Positions 1-14,267 of a DNA stretch of 64,000 bases are shown piece after piece. This DNA comes from Amoeboaphelidium protococcarum X5 (taxonomy: Eukaryota; Fungi; Aphelidiomycota). The first letter of the stretch is position 1, and each line of letters starts with the position of its first letter. The position numbers and the translations under genes were made by a program. Location of the stretch: assembly GCA_023515725.1 (NCBI GenBank), contig JALDTO010000208.1, positions 309,867-373,866 of the forward strand, written 5' to 3'. The notes beneath the pieces were generated by a model, which searched no databases, had not been told where the DNA came from, and saw nothing but the letters and a program-made list of their open reading frames with translations.

Positions 1-2143
1 ATTAAGCTTCACCAGGCAATCTGAATTTCTACAATACTGATCTAAGCGCTTAATCCATTCGTGGCTTTGGTGTGGCAATGTTGGACCAGTCAAAATTGTT
101 CATGAATTCCTTGAGGACATCGAAATTCTTGGGCTTGGACAGAAACTCACCGAGTACTTTTTTATTCAATGGCAGTACGTGGCAGATTTTAGCAACAGAT
201 TACGGGCTCAGATCTGACAAAAGTCCAATCTTCATCATGAGTTCGAGACCTTGCGAGGGATTCTAATTAAAATTATTCGCAGCTTCAATCATCTTCATTT
301 TCTCCTTCTTCATATTGAGCAATTCCACCACTTGCGTGTGATCTTGCAACTATAGCATTCGGATGGACGTGACATCCATAGATGAAAATTTTTATATTTC
401 TTACTAAAGCAACTGCTACAATAGATCGAAAGCCTTAACACTGACACTTCTGTACATACTAGCTGGGATAACCTCTCCTGCGCGCTCATATCTATCACGA
501 TCATTCTTTGTTAGTCTCATATAAGAATCAAAGCTGCCAATTTAAATCTCCTGAATCAAATAAGGCATAATAGTCAATTGACACAGAGTTGTAATCAATG
601 CTTAATACACATACTGACCAGTGACCACACAATCGCACTGAGCAAATAGTTAATGGCAGAAGTTACCCTGTAACAACTGCGCCAGGGCATCCAATATCAT
701 ATCTCTAGGATCAGTAATATTCGGATTATACGCAAACATCTTGTAAGTAAATGCGAACATGTTAGGCAAGTCTTCAAGCAGTTGATCCAAGCCAAGACTT
801 CCATCACTCAATTGACTTGATACGATACAGTTGTACTTGGATAACAATTATCGCACCTACTTTTACTTGTTCTAAACAATAGACATTGGCAGAGTATCCT
901 ACAGGAATGAAATCAACATGTGAACTGTAAAGTTGTGATACGCGTCCAGAAATGTAAAGATTCTCAATGTACAGACACACTTCAATGTCAGGCCTAGCAT
1001 AGACACATTGATGTTGATTAAGGATGATCGCACCAGCAAAAGCAGATTCTTGAACAAATCCTACCGAAATAAATTCATCAATACAAGATCTCTCTCGATT
1101 ACATCAGCACCATCTTCTACTATGCGACAGAGCACCGAAAGAGATATAGTCTTTGCATTATCGCTCTAAGACGACTCCATCATGGACACCAAGAATCTGA
1201 AAATCTCCTAAACTGAATGCACCGAAAAGTTATTAGACTCCCGGAATCGTGCACTGGCCGAGCTAAGCAATGCAGTCTCCTATAATTACGCCTGACCATT
1301 CGAAGTAGAAAGACCATCAATATGAGCAGCTAAATCAGGTATAGAACCTCTTGCCAAAGGCTAAGACTGCTGTGAAAGATCAGCCTGAACATCTTCAGTC
1401 GCACTACTAGAACTAGCGTTATCTGTGAGATTCTACTCATTAGCCACAACATGCTACTCCTCCGTCTAATTACTAATATGAACAAAATCTTCTCTTGACA
1501 AGCGAGATCTCAACTCGGGATTAACTTGAGCGTCATTCTATCCAATAGCATCCTGTTCATTGACAACAACATCCTGGGATTCTAAATACCTGATCAAAAG
1601 TTTAAAAATCTAAATAACGTTAAGTTCCGCAGATTTACGAAGAACATCAGAGAGACGAGTTTGGTACAAAATAGAGAAGATGGTCTCCATTATGGCACAA
1701 ACCAACGCATCTCCGATAACCGCAACAGCAGGAGAAATGCCATTGGAAAATAACATTTCGCTACTTGAACTAGACACAAATACTTCAATACCATGCAACA
1801 AGACTTGCATAATGGCCAAGAGAACGCATTCGTCAACGTTAGAGTCGGACGCTTCAAATTTGCACTGAACGACGCTAGCCAAAATGGAACCAAGAAGTGG
1901 CATACAATTATTCTTAAAATGCTAATTTTGTATAAATTTATCAATAGACTACAATGCCAAAAGAGTCAACTATCCATTCACATCACTTGCAGTTATCACT
2001 CTCAAAAAAGCCTTCTATGCCTCAGATTCCGAACTTGCTGCCTACTACTAAGTAACGATACTGGCCACAGATAAATTTTTCCACCTTGGATTCTTACTGA
2101 TAGACCATTTCAAGTGAGTGAGATCCCTTTCCAGAATACTCAT
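1..2143 (-). CDS. GBF1: Large ARF guanine-nucleotide exchange factor (GBF1/Gea family), 5' part; runs off the window start within the Sec7 domain
   Basis: ATG at 2143 is in frame with the window edge when TAR=Gln. N-terminal DCB-like 'AFLRVITASDVNGQLTLLALQSIDKF' and 'CKFEASDSNVDECVLLAIMQVL'. Sec7 signature FRLPGEAQ at positions ~2-25, with the Q encoded by TAA. Confidence 0.92.
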
Positions 2144-2403
2144 AACTGTATACAACTTTTTTGTTAATTAATGGGCACTGTGTACAGAAGACTTACTGTA
2201 CTGTGTAAAACGATTGACGAAAAGGCGTCTGAATGAATGAACGAGAGAAAGCATCACGCCCACGAGAGAGAAGAATGATGGGAGGATCGAGAGAACGGCG
2301 CTGAAACCATGTGAACGCAATCTCCACATCGTTTCACTGTCAGATTAATCCATTTACTTTTCTTCAACAGCTTGTTAGATTAGTTTTACACGTAATTGAA
2401 GTA

Positions 2404-4950
2404 ATGTAGCATCTTGCAGACAGACGTGCAGATGATGCAGTTGTTGCAATAATGCTCAATAAACACGGGAGTTTTGGCTGTGCTCAAGTAAAAGGTAATG
2501 AATGACATTTGTAAACTGTACATTAGAATTCCTTAATTGCGTGTCTAATGTAGACAATGTGGTTTATCATCTGCCTGGTGACTTTCATAGCACTCCTGAC
2601 GACCTGTTGTATGCAGGTACGTCTTTACACTATTAAGTTATGGTAACAGTTAAAATGTTTGTAGTTTCTTCTCAATTGAATCCAATGAGAATTATATTGT
2701 ATAATGACAGAGAAGAAAGACTGAAACTGGAAGATGATGGTGAAGTTGGTATGTTTTTATGTGGTGATAATGTTTCAGACGTGTGACTTTAAGTGTAGAG
2801 CTGATCAGACGCGATTTCACGGGATCTGTTTCAAGTTCTCTCTCTGTAAGAACGATCGTCCCGTTTCAGTCATCAATTATCATTCAATCAACTGAACTGA
2901 TTGTAGATGGTGTGTGTGGCTGAGTTAACGAATGAGTTTCACATTGCAAGAGCTGAGTACTTTACACTTGATAGCTACCTGTGGATTGACAAGGATTCTC
3001 AAGACGCGTTAGACATTCATGATGGCATTTATTGTAAGTTTATTCCTGAATCGTGTAGCGTATTTAATTTTAGTAAGATCCCTGTAGCCTTGTTGAGTTC
3101 CCTACTATGTACAAAGGCAGGATACAATTAGCTTAAAGCATGGATGCATGTGCCATCTTGCTGTAAATCTGAGTTGAATACGAGATATGACTTGGTCGAG
3201 GTATTGGTACGCGATGAGAATTGTCTCAATGAATTGCGAGAAATCCTACAAGGTGTCAAACCATTAAAGTCTCTTCTACAGTCAACTTGTGTTTGGCGTA
3301 GTGTCAATTGTTGGGAGTCTGTTTTAAAGGTAAAAGCATTTATTACGTGCGTTTTATTTACTGAGCATCTTTGTAGACCTGCAATCAACTCGGCCGCTTA
3401 TCATTGCTGATTCGCAACAGCTTTGATGTCCAAGCTCATCCTTTACTTGCATCTTTGGTCCAATTGATTGATATTAATGCGTTGAAAGACGCCAGCTAGT
3501 TAATAAATTGCGTCATTGACTTTGAATCCACTGGATATGCCTCGATTAAAGCCGGTTAAGACTAGCCTCTTGATGCGTATAAAAGAAGAATGGCCGTGTT
3601 AGGAGATACTTTAACGTAGATTCTATACGAGAAGTGTAGTGCGGCCAATGTACATCAGTCATCTGCGCAGATAAAGTACGTAGCTTAATTGGGATATTTT
3701 CTGATAACTGTGGCAGAACATTCTGATGCATTCGGGCATCTGATGGAGTTTTAGTTTAGCGATGAAGCGTACTATTACTTTAAAGATTCTGACTTGCAGG
3801 CGTTGGACGATGAGTTTGGAGAACTTGAGGATTTGATTCTGGACAGAGAACTTGACATTCTGCAAGAGGTGCAATTGAGAGTTGTAGAAGGGCGCAACTT
3901 CTTAGAAAGTGTGGAATTGGAGATTGCAAAGTTGGATGTTTTGCAATCTTACGCCATGCTGTCTATACGCCATCAATGTACGCGTCCAAATATCGGAGCT
4001 AAAGATTATTAAATCCATGAAGGACGTCATATTTTACACGAAGTTGCTTGTGACAACTTTGTTGCGAACGATTTGTAGTTTTAATCTGATGTACGTGGCT
4101 TGATATTGACTGGACCGAATGGAAGTGGTAAATCTGTATACTTGAAGTAAGTTGCATTGATCCAGTACTTTGCTTAGATTGGTTGCTTTGTGCCCGCTAG
4201 CAATGCCCATTTACCATTGATGAACAAGTTGATAACACGTTTGAAGACTGTCGAAAGTGCTTCCAACCAGAAATCAGCTTTCAAAATCGACCTGGATCAG
4301 ATAAAGCTGATGTTGAAACTTTCAGATAGCAAGAGCTTGTTTGTTATTGACGAATTTGGTAAAGGTACGGATGTAGCGGATGGCACTGGATTGCTGGTTG
4401 CTATTTTGCATCAGTTACTAGGGAGCTCTGCACCGCATCCTCCTTATATTTTGTGTGCCACTCATCTACATTTCGCGTTGAAGGATAGTTTCATATCTTC
4501 TATTTCACACCGTTTATGCTTTGGGTAAATGCAAGTTGTAGTGGAGTAAGATGATGACCATCAAGATACAGACTCCATATCAAGAATGAAAGCCTTAACG
4601 TGTGGTCGCGTTAAAAAGTTGTTCAAGTTGGCCAATGGTTGCAGTGACGGTAGTTTCGGTATCCACTGTGCGTATGAGACTGGAATTCCAACCGCGATAA
4701 TTGAAAGAGGTAATGTCTATAATTTATCAACTGCAATTATTAATTCAAAGAATCTGCGTTGTGTAATTTGTATGTAGCTTTGATAATCAACTCAAAGATT
4801 ATGCAAGGAGATCCAATTGATCCATTGCTGTCTGAAGAAGATCAGGTGAGAGAAATGACGAATATCAAGATCTTGGACCTGTTTCTGAGTCGCGAACCTG
4901 ACACAGATATGCTTGAAGACTTTATCAAGAACCTTGGAGATAATCAATGA
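2404..4950 (+). CDS. MSH5: Meiotic MutS homolog 5, multi-intron
   Basis: Walker A 'LTGPNGSGKSVYLKQVALI', 'AQIGCFVPA', MSH5-type 'SAFKIDLDQ' and 'IDEFGKGTDVADG', 'CATH', 'SFGIHCA'. Several GT..AG introns (e.g. acceptors at 2553, 2664, 4777). TGA at 4948-4950. Internal exon boundaries are approximate. Confidence 0.88.
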
Positions 4951-5321
4951 CAGTTGATAAATACGTACCAAATTCTATTTATCCCATTCTACAAATTAAC
5001 CTTTACACGGGGCCGAGATGGTTACGGGGTCAACGATTGCAATCACCGATTCTCGGCTATTCCGCTCGAGTTCAGCGAGTGTGTCGTCGGCCGTTCAAAA
5101 GTTGTTTTTCTAGGCGATTTGATTGATCGACAAGCGACGACACCTTTGACTTGCGATAAATTGAATAACAACAACAACAAGCATTTGGATATTAAAAATT
5201 ATCATAATTATACATTTAGACTGGCCATTCTTTGCTAATTATCATCATTTTTCTGCATTCGTATACATATAATTAATCCTCGTATATAATAATATTTGTT
5301 GTGTGATATTAATTGACAGCA

Positions 5322-6704
5322 ATGAACCAAGAAGAAGGTGCAGCAAAAGATGTTGCCACCACTAACGGATAAGGAGGAAACCGACCGAGTGGGTCAAGGC
5401 ATAGTGTTCACTCACAATCTGACTATCTTGGTAAACGATTACATATAACTAATCTACTGGCTGATTCTAGTGACGTAGATGCCTCTGAATAAGCGTAGGA
5501 TTGTTCACAGCCGTAAACAGTGGCCTCGACTACTGCTGAGTCAGCCGACTGCAAACAAACGAGCGATCATGTGGAGATTGTCGATGATCAGGGCATAGAT
5601 AGAGCCGGTGTTGCGCTATAGATTGATAATAGGCTGGATAAGGGTGAATAAGATATTGCTATGACGTATCATCATCAGCGAGTACCGCTTAACAATCCCG
5701 ATGATCCTCAAAGTGCAATGATCAGCTCTGGCGGCGATGATCAACGTGGCGTTGGCGATCAAAGGCGGTGGCAGCACGGGTAGAGTTGGAATTCTGGTAT
5801 AGACAGGTAGAAGGAGCGATAATAATAAATTTTGGCTTAAAACCAGAATGCAGTTGTAAGGCCTACCATACCGTCGATTCGCGAGCTACATCTGCCATCA
5901 GTAAGACCCCCATTCTATCCGACCCCTTGGTCTGAAAATGCTTCCTCTTAACAATCTTCATCAGATTAATAGTAGTACTTTAGCCATCATCCTAATAATC
6001 CGCCATAAGATTAAAGTTCATCGATGAGCTTTTAGAATTATGTTGTGCAGTAATAGTAGCTACATTAGAACCCGCGATGGGCTCACCCGAATCGAAGATA
6101 TCCTGGGTCCTTGTAAGAGTAGTAATAACAGCATCATCACCATCATCCGCCTACTGCTGGTATGATTTACAGACCGCCGCCGATCTATGACGGTAACTCC
6201 CAATCTGCTCCAGCTGTTGTATTTCAGCAATCCCCATTCCTGATCAGTCCGAATCCATCTATTGATACTCATCAGTAGTAAGAAGTTCATCCTATACGTA
6301 TCCCATAGAGAATAGCCGACGATCAGTTTAGACAATCTCCTCATTAGCATATGCCTTAGTCTATTCAGCAATAATAGTAGCATTAGTATCAGCATTAGTA
6401 TCAATAAGAGAGATAGTAGTCATTGCAGCATGTTGCTGGATACACGAACAACATTAGCAAGAGTCCAAAGAGGTAGATTACTGAGCACAGACGTGAGAAG
6501 AATAGAGAAGCTGCACTCCGGTACCGTTAGAAATAGGTGGAGAGGAAGGAGACTCTGGAGAAGAGACTGGGTGATTTAATGAATTAAAATCAGTCATTAA
6601 CAGGCGAAGTTGATGAACTGAATAGGAATATTGGCGCTCTAAATGCAGCCATAGAAGAGATTGATAAGACGTGCAAGGGACACCATTCGAATGAAGAAAA
6701 TTGA
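5322..6704 (+). CDS. bZIP transcription factor with long Q/P/H-rich low-complexity N-terminus (one short intron, acceptor at 5478)
   Basis: C-terminal basic region 'RREKNREAALRYRQKQ' followed by Leu heptads 'LEERLGDLMNQNQSLTGEVDEL'. TGA at 6702-6704. Absent from the standard-code ORF track. Confidence 0.85.
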
Positions 6705-6921
6705 GTATATTATTATTGTAATCAACAGCTAGAATCGTAAGAAGATTGTGGGTTGTAGTGACACTCTTCGATAACAGACTGTTGGATATTGTTGTAAGCC
6801 TTATATTTTGATATATATTATTATCCTTATTATAAAAGAAAATTTAAAAAGATGCTGACCAGTAAATAAATATTTTAAAGTCGTAAAAGATCTTTGCAAA
6901 TTTTATATTTCGAGTTCTTGA

Positions 6922-7578
6922 TCACTAAATTTCCTTCACTGAACGACCACGAGCATTAGCCACTGCAGCCGGAGTCTAGTGCAGATTGTCAAGAGCATGA
7001 AATACGGCACGAGAAATCTTAATAGGATTTGGCTTTCCATCGAGGATCTGTACAGCGATGTCTTACACGCCGACAGCCTGGCACACGTCATATGCATTTC
7101 GCTGAGCTCTGATTGAGTAGCCGGCAGGTTTACTGAAGAGTCGCATTCTCAACGCGCCATACTTCATGTCAATGTCATGGAACAGAGTTCTTCCTTCATA
7201 TAGCTCGTAATGTTTTAATTAACCTCTGGCCAGCTATAATGCGCGCTTCACCGCCTTTGCTGCCTGAGTTGATGTAGCATGAGCCATTCCAGCAGATCCG
7301 TTCCGATCACCAACGACACACCACGCGTCAAATGTCATTTTCTTACCCAGTCGAGATGGTCGGACCAATTTACGCAGCTTTATCAATCTTTCATATGGCC
7401 TTTTGATGGGGACATTCTAAGGATTTCTATTTTCTCTGGGAAATATCGTCGCATATGGAGATTGATATTGATTCGCGCCACCGCTCAGAGTCTTACCTAG
7501 AGGACTGAAATCAGCTTTCGTAGGATCTTTGATGACTGCTGACTCCTTTGGAAATAACCGGCTACTAACACATCTCAT
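6922..7578 (-). CDS. MRPS5: Mitochondrial ribosomal protein uS5m (218 aa)
   Basis: Single frame of 219 codons with TAR=Gln. uS5 motifs 'GKKMTFDAWCVVGDRNGSAG', 'YEGRTLFHDI', 'KPAGYSIRA', 'CQAVGVQDI'. Presequence-like N-terminus. Confidence 0.85.
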
Positions 7579-7755
7579 AGGCTGGCCAAATAATCGCGTC
7601 TAAATCTACGTGTGATATCCAAATTTAAACATATTTTTTACGTGGCGAATTATCAATTTGAAGATCTGAATATTGCAAAAACAACAACCGAGAAAGTCTT
7701 CAAAAAGATATCGATTATCTCTTCATAAAATCCATACAATATTTATAACAAGTAT

Positions 7756-10700
7756 TCAATAATGCAATTTCAGAGTCACAATCTCAAATGGATTAATAGA
7801 GACAGAGAGAACGCCAGGAGTCGTAATGGCAATGTCTTCAATACGCTCCTCCAGAAGATTCACCTTTTATGCAGTAGTGAATTTGACGCGAGATTTGAAC
7901 TCAAACTTGCCTCTACCGCCCATAACTTCATGCAATCTTACAATTACGGCATTACAGTCACTTTTCACATGAGACTCTTCAGGAAGCTTTACAGTGTCAA
8001 TAATGACATTATTACAGGATATAGAGAATGCCGATTACACAGAAGATGGTAAAGATTCCATCACGGGAACCAGTTTAGTCAGCAGAGGAACATTAAACTT
8101 GTAACTCTCTTGAACAACGTCAGACTCGGTGAATGAGCCCAGATGAGGATACAGAGCATACTTAAACTTGTGATGTCCCATATCACAGTTGCCATCAGGT
8201 GCTTTTGGTGCGCGGAGAAGAGTCATTCTCAACACATTGTCCCGCGTGGAATATCCATACTTGGAGTCACTCAGCAAGGCCACACCATAACCATACTCAG
8301 ACAGATCGGAATACTTGTGACCACAAACCTCAAACTTTGCAAAGTCTACAGAAGTGTTGAAATGGGTAGGACGCGTCAAATGTCCAAAAGGCACGTCATA
8401 AGTGGCGTGGTCGCTCTTTACATTAACCGGAAACTCCACCTTGAGTACCTTGTGACTCTCGTGCCACTCTACTTCAGTATCAAAATCGATTCTGGCAGAG
8501 TTGCAAGTCAAGGACACCTTCTGCTTCAACTGGCTCTTGCCGGTCAATGGATGGGTGACTGTGAATGCGACCCTTAGTGGACCATTCTCAATGATCTAAA
8601 GCTGGCCGACTCCAGTCTCGTAAGTCTTCTCCAAATGATACGCCTCAAGATCCCAATTGTCCCAATACAAAGGAAGATCTTGATGAAGAACAAACTTATT
8701 ACCGCAATGCTTCTAGTCGATAAACTACCGCCCGTTGGCCCGTTTATCAACCAAACTCAACAAATGGCCATGACGGCTAAATTTGACATCAATCAAGGAG
8801 TTGGACATTAAGCACTCATCACCATCAAATGATATGGCGACTTGCTCCCTGAAATCGTTGTCTTTAATAGGATTGAAGCTCAATGAAAAGCCTGGAGTCT
8901 TGACCAACACTAAAGCCGAGTTACCGGCAGTAACAACTTGCTCAAATGACGGCTCAACAGCCAGGTCGGACGGAATATCTATCTCCACAACTTCAGCACG
9001 ATCGAATTGCAAAGAATTGTACACAGCGACCTGCATCTAGCAATTCTGAACCATTTCATAGCTCGGTTCCTTCTATATTCCAAGCACAGATTTAATCTAC
9101 TCCGTCTTGTCGCCAGATAAACCAGAGCTAACAGCGTTGTATATCATTTGATTGAAAGCATCTGAACGCAACTTGGTACCCAATGAATAAATCTCTTCAT
9201 AATCACGACGCGTGTCTACATATACCAATTCAATTGAAGTACCAGGTAAAATATCATGAAACTAGTTGAATAACAGCTTCTTCCACATAGCATCCAATTA
9301 ATCTCTCGGATACTAGCCATTCCCTAATAGTACATAAAGCTACTCGATGTCACGCAGAAGAAATTCACTCTTTCTATTGAACCATTTAACGAATGCCTGA
9401 GAGGTGTATGTACCTCTATGAAGTTCAAAGTACAGCTCTGAGCTCCATGTGAGATAAGAGTCAGAATCAGCTTGATGCAAGTTCTTGAAAAAATCTTATG
9501 GACTGCCCATCTTAACTTTAGGAAGTCCTTTGACACCGCCCTTCATCCTCTCCAATCTCTCAAGCATATCATACGTTGCCCCATTACCGCCATCACCGTG
9601 TCCAAATAGGTACATTGACTGATTAGAAAGCTCCTTATCCTTATGATTCTTGACATTGTACAACACTTCTTTCACAGTACCTAGACCGCAATAAGTATCA
9701 GCAGGCGGAAAATGGGTCAACACCCTGCTACCATCCAATCCCTTCCACCAGAAGGTGGTGTGAGGAAACTTATTGATATTATTCCAGCTCAATTTCTGCG
9801 TAAGAAAGTAATCTGCTCCAGACAACTTCATAATTTGAGGCAACTGTGCACTATAACCAAAGGTATCAGGTAGCCAGAATATGTCACAGTACTATCCAAA
9901 GTGTTCTTTGAAAAAACGCTATCCGTACAGAAATTATCTGCAAAATGACTCTCCAGATGGCAAATTTCCGTCCATTTCCACCCAAGTGGCGCCAACCGGA
10001 ATAAACTGACCACATTTGGCCTTCTCCTTTAATCTCTCGAATAGCTCTGGGTAATCATTCATCACGGATTCTAGTTGACAAGCCTGTGAGACGGCAAACT
10101 TATAATCAGGATACTTTTCCATCAGAACAAGCTGGCTGGCCCAAGATCGAGCACATTTACGGCGAGTCTCATCCCACATCCACAGCCAACAAGAATCGAT
10201 ATGACACATACCGACAGCTGTGATTTCATGGTCAGCAGGGCCGGCTTGAGCAGAGAGAAACTTTTAAGCAATCTGCCTTGCCTAGCTCCACGTCTACTTA
10301 TCTTCTGCCAGAAATGTATTAGCAATGGAGTTGGCTGTGACCAAAGCTTCAGCTGCAAGTTGGCTATCCGAAGGGAGTTCTTTCGCCATGTCTGATATAA
10401 TATAATAATCGTACCAAAGGCCCAATGCAACTTGGTCATATACAACCAGTTCAGCGGTATCCAAAGTGAACTGTCGGTCAGTTTTAGGAGGTTGAATACT
10501 ATCACCACCAGACGCATTGCCAAACATACCATTACAAGCCATTTCAACATATAAAACAATATGCCCGCCATCACTGCTCCCCAACAGCTTATTATCCAAG
10601 GCAAAATCGAGTCTCTTATCATTCCCACTACCACCATTCAATCCTTGGAGACATTTACCATCGTGAGACCAGATCATCGCCTCGCTGTTAGAATTCCAGC

Positions 10701-11004
10701 GCAGCCAAATCTTATCATTATCTTTCTCCACGAAACCTTTAGGGATAGAAATTTATATTCTAAACCAAACCGTAGCCCAGCTAGGACCAAACTTGTCACC
10801 AACTCTTGCAGGCTCATATTACCCCAATAGAGCCTCCTTGAATGTGATACGTTTCAACTCCGGGACAGTGTAGGATTCAATCTTCAAGCATTCACTGCTC
10901 CGTTTCTTCACCAAACAGGAGTACAAATTAATGTCTGCATATCTCTACTCACTCTTGAAAGTGTCCAGGCGATTCAAAGTAATATTTCTATGAAATTTGT
11001 ACAT
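7756..11004 (-). CDS. AMS1: Alpha-mannosidase, GH38 (Ams1/MAN2C1 type), 1082 aa, apparently intronless
   Basis: '[10 protein letters not shown]', '[22 protein letters not shown]', '[13 protein letters not shown]', '[18 protein letters not shown]', 'GHGDGG', 'KFEVCGHKY'. Length 3249 nt = 1083 codons ending in TGA. Confidence 0.95.
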
Positions 11005-11241
11005 ATTGAGCCTAACTATTATATGCCAAGATACAAATAAGCTTCGTGAACAAAAAGTGTAAAACAATTATAGACAAGTGTGTGAGAGGAAAGAAGAGAG
11101 ACGCGTCACCAAAGTTGAAACGACAAGACGCTCGCTCGTTTCACACTCAACTTTACTATTCATTTTGTTTCATATTTCCTTATGGTTGTCACTTCGTTTT
11201 ATTACCCATTGTGCATTCCATATATATTTTCACGTTCAGAA

Positions 11242-12490
11242 TCATTGTTTCGGTGTCTCTTGTTAGTATTATTTCTCTTCCAACTCAAAATCGCCAAAGT
11301 CTACACAGCTCGAAAACATTGGAGTGTCTACATCCATGTCATCCTCTGTCTTGACATCAGTTACTGCTGAATCTTTTGGCTATGTGACGTCTAAAGTAGG
11401 CTAAATGTCTAGAGAGGGCTTAGTAGCAGTTGGCATTTGTTCCCCAATAAGCTTCTTTTACTGCGCGTTATATCCTGGACATTCAAGACCAGCCTTTAGA
11501 AAGCGTGGTAGCATTGATTCGCTTATGTGATGATGATCCTTCTGGATGTGCTATTTCAAAATTGTGACCGCCTGCATATACATGTCAAAGATCTCTTTTT
11601 GATGTCTCTCAGATGGCTTCACTTTTGCGTCCGTCCATTATATCTTCTCCAGCATTGACATGATCAGTTCATAAGGTCTATCAGCACATTTGCGAGAGAA
11701 ATGTTGCTACAATAGTTTAGAGTTATTGATAAACGAGACTGGTATAAATCAAACGCTCAGAGGGTAGATTTACCTTATAGTCTTTGCAAACCATTAGAAT
11801 GGCTTGGCGTTCACTCTGAGTTATGTACTATTCCTTCTGTGACTTGGTATGATAACTCCATTGTGGAAATAGTCTACGCATCAGCTCCTAATGGTTAGAT
11901 ACGCGTAGTGAAATCACTCGATTCTTCATCAATAGTTAATTTTTCAACTTGATGCAGTCCATTGCGATTCCAACGTTCTCAACTTCAATGTACGCGTCCG
12001 CCAGTGTTTTACCCATTGTTTTAGCCGGACTATCCAACGCAAGGTCCATCAAAATATGGCACGACTTGATCTGAAACGGATCAAAATACTGTTCAATGTC
12101 GCGTCTTGAAACGTCCCACGGAATGTTTGAAATACAAATTACAACCGAATGGCACAGATCACTGACTGTGGATACAATACACATATCACTGCTTCCAACT
12201 TTAGAACTACTTTGCTTACCATATGGTACAAAATTAGCAGTTGCAATACTTTTAATCATTTTATTTGACATCAATATTGGACCAGAAGGAGTTTAATAGT
12301 TTGATGATACAAAATTCTCTTTGTTACCGAGTGTTGACGCGTCTTTCATCACCTTCACAACAGGAGCTGCACCAGTCTTTTCTACCGGTTTGACGCGTTT
12401 CGAACCTACAGGGCCATACAATCCCAGTTGAGACTTCTTGAAGCATACAACTTCATCATTAACTGAGGCAAAACTTTCAAAAATAGTCAT
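11242..12490 (-). CDS. RRM-domain RNA-binding protein of an uncharacterised fungal family; intron 11707-11773
   Basis: RRM 'VICISNIPWDVSRRDIEQYF...HILMD...GKTLADAYIEV', followed by family-like motifs 'ELMRRLFP' and 'HFSRKCADRPYELIMSML'. Start codon uncertain. Confidence 0.7.
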
Positions 12491-12874
12491 ATTGATACAG
12501 AGATCTCCAGACGTCTGATACAAAACTTGAAACAATAGAAACGAAAGAGATTGAAGCTCACATCATGAGGTTATGAGTTGTTTCGAAACCATACGTTAAG
12601 CTGGTACTGAAAATTAATTAAGCAGCGATAAAACATTTTCTCATTTTGTAACATACAGTCTAACACAAGAGTGGTCACGGATTATTTGATGGGAGCACAA
12701 AACTGGTCATCGTTGAGGCACCAATTTCGACAGCCAATTAGCGATCAGATACTTACGGATTTCATGAACACAAGAATTGATTCGCGTGCATCGTGGATTG
12801 TCAGTGATCGTAGTTTATCAATTCCAGCTTCTTTCCTCACTAACTTACATAGATTCATTTAATTAATAGTAATA

Positions 12875-14164
12875 ATGTCTTTGTATATGAAATAAGAATG
12901 TGATGACAGCAATGGTAATCTATCTTAGCATTATCCAAAATCACCGCGTCGACAGCAATCACGGCGAGCATCATCAGGGAAAGTCGACATTAGCTAGTAG
13001 TAGTGTTTAAACACTCAAAAATTCTATAAACTCGAATAAGGCTCGATGCTGAAAAGATCGGTATCAAGTATGCGGTAAAGACATGCAGTCAATAGCGCTG
13101 TAAAAGGTGGCGTAAATCATCCTGGTCATATTCGTACAAGGGGTAAAATGACTGATGATCGTAGGGGACAATCTAAATCGCCAGGCATCTAGATGTAAAA
13201 GTGTTATACTCCTCAAATTGATTTGCAGGTTAGTGGTAAATTATAGAGAAAAAAACTAAAGCGTTCAATGTCTTTACCTCTTACAAGACGTGATAAGCAG
13301 CTGATCCACTCTGTTCATCAATCCCATGCCTCCGCGTCTAAAGATATCCTTGATCGCAAGATCAATCAGGCTAAGCCAAAAATCACGGAGATTAATCAAT
13401 TAAGGTAATAGCTATAGCTACCATCCAAAGTTATGCTTCGCTTGAAATTGCTTAATCCTCAATCTACCGTTGCCCTGTCTGGAGTTCAAGCATGTCCTCT
13501 GCTCTCGGATAAACTCATATTGCGCAAGTCTGAGCAAATGCAATAGTAACGGGAAGTTACTGTTGCTGATATATAAAAAGGAGGTCTTAATCCACTGCTT
13601 AAGTCTAATGTTCCATTGGCTTATTTCCTTGCATACCTCATTCGAAGTCTCGCACCTGAAAATCTTTTGTTTTATCTGGCAGTGACGCGATACTAGAATG
13701 AGCTACATCTCTCTCCATCCAATCAGGCCAAGTAGGCGCGTAAAATCTGTAAAATGTTCTTTGAAGACGAATCTTCAATGCAGCTCAATTTGAATTAGAA
13801 GGTTGTCGAGGAAACTAGGGCGATGATCCGCACGAGTTTTGATAGAGCCGATCGAGATCCTAATGCTGTCGTATCAACTCATCGATGCTTCGATCCAGCT
13901 GTTAAAGCAGTCAAATTGATGCTTGAAGATTCTTATCGTGGATTCAAAAAGGATGAGCTGTTCCAGAAGATGGCTAATGACTTGGCAGAGACTGTTGAAT
14001 TCAGCGACGTTCATCGATCTCTTGCGTACAATGTTTTGAAGTAATCACTCAAAGGCCTCAATCAAGATCCTTCATTTTATCCAGTTTTGGTGGCTGAGAT
14101 GGCCAAATTCTGTCGCGATCGATTAAATCTAATTTAAAAGCCTCACAGTGCTAGATAGCGGTGA
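12875..14164 (+). CDS. RGS-domain protein with long basic, disordered N-terminus (429 aa)
   Basis: RGS-like motifs 'YFLAYLIRSLAPENLLFYLAVTRY', 'MFFEDESSMQLNL', 'FDPAVKAVKLMLEDSYRGF'. Continuous frame with TAR=Gln to TGA at 14162-14164. Confidence 0.8.
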
Positions 14165-14267
14165 AGTGTGTAGATATATCTGTAAGTTATTCAATGCGTG
14201 TGATTGGTGATATGAACGCCTAGTCAAATATTGTTGAATTATAATCACAATTATAACTTTTATTTAA

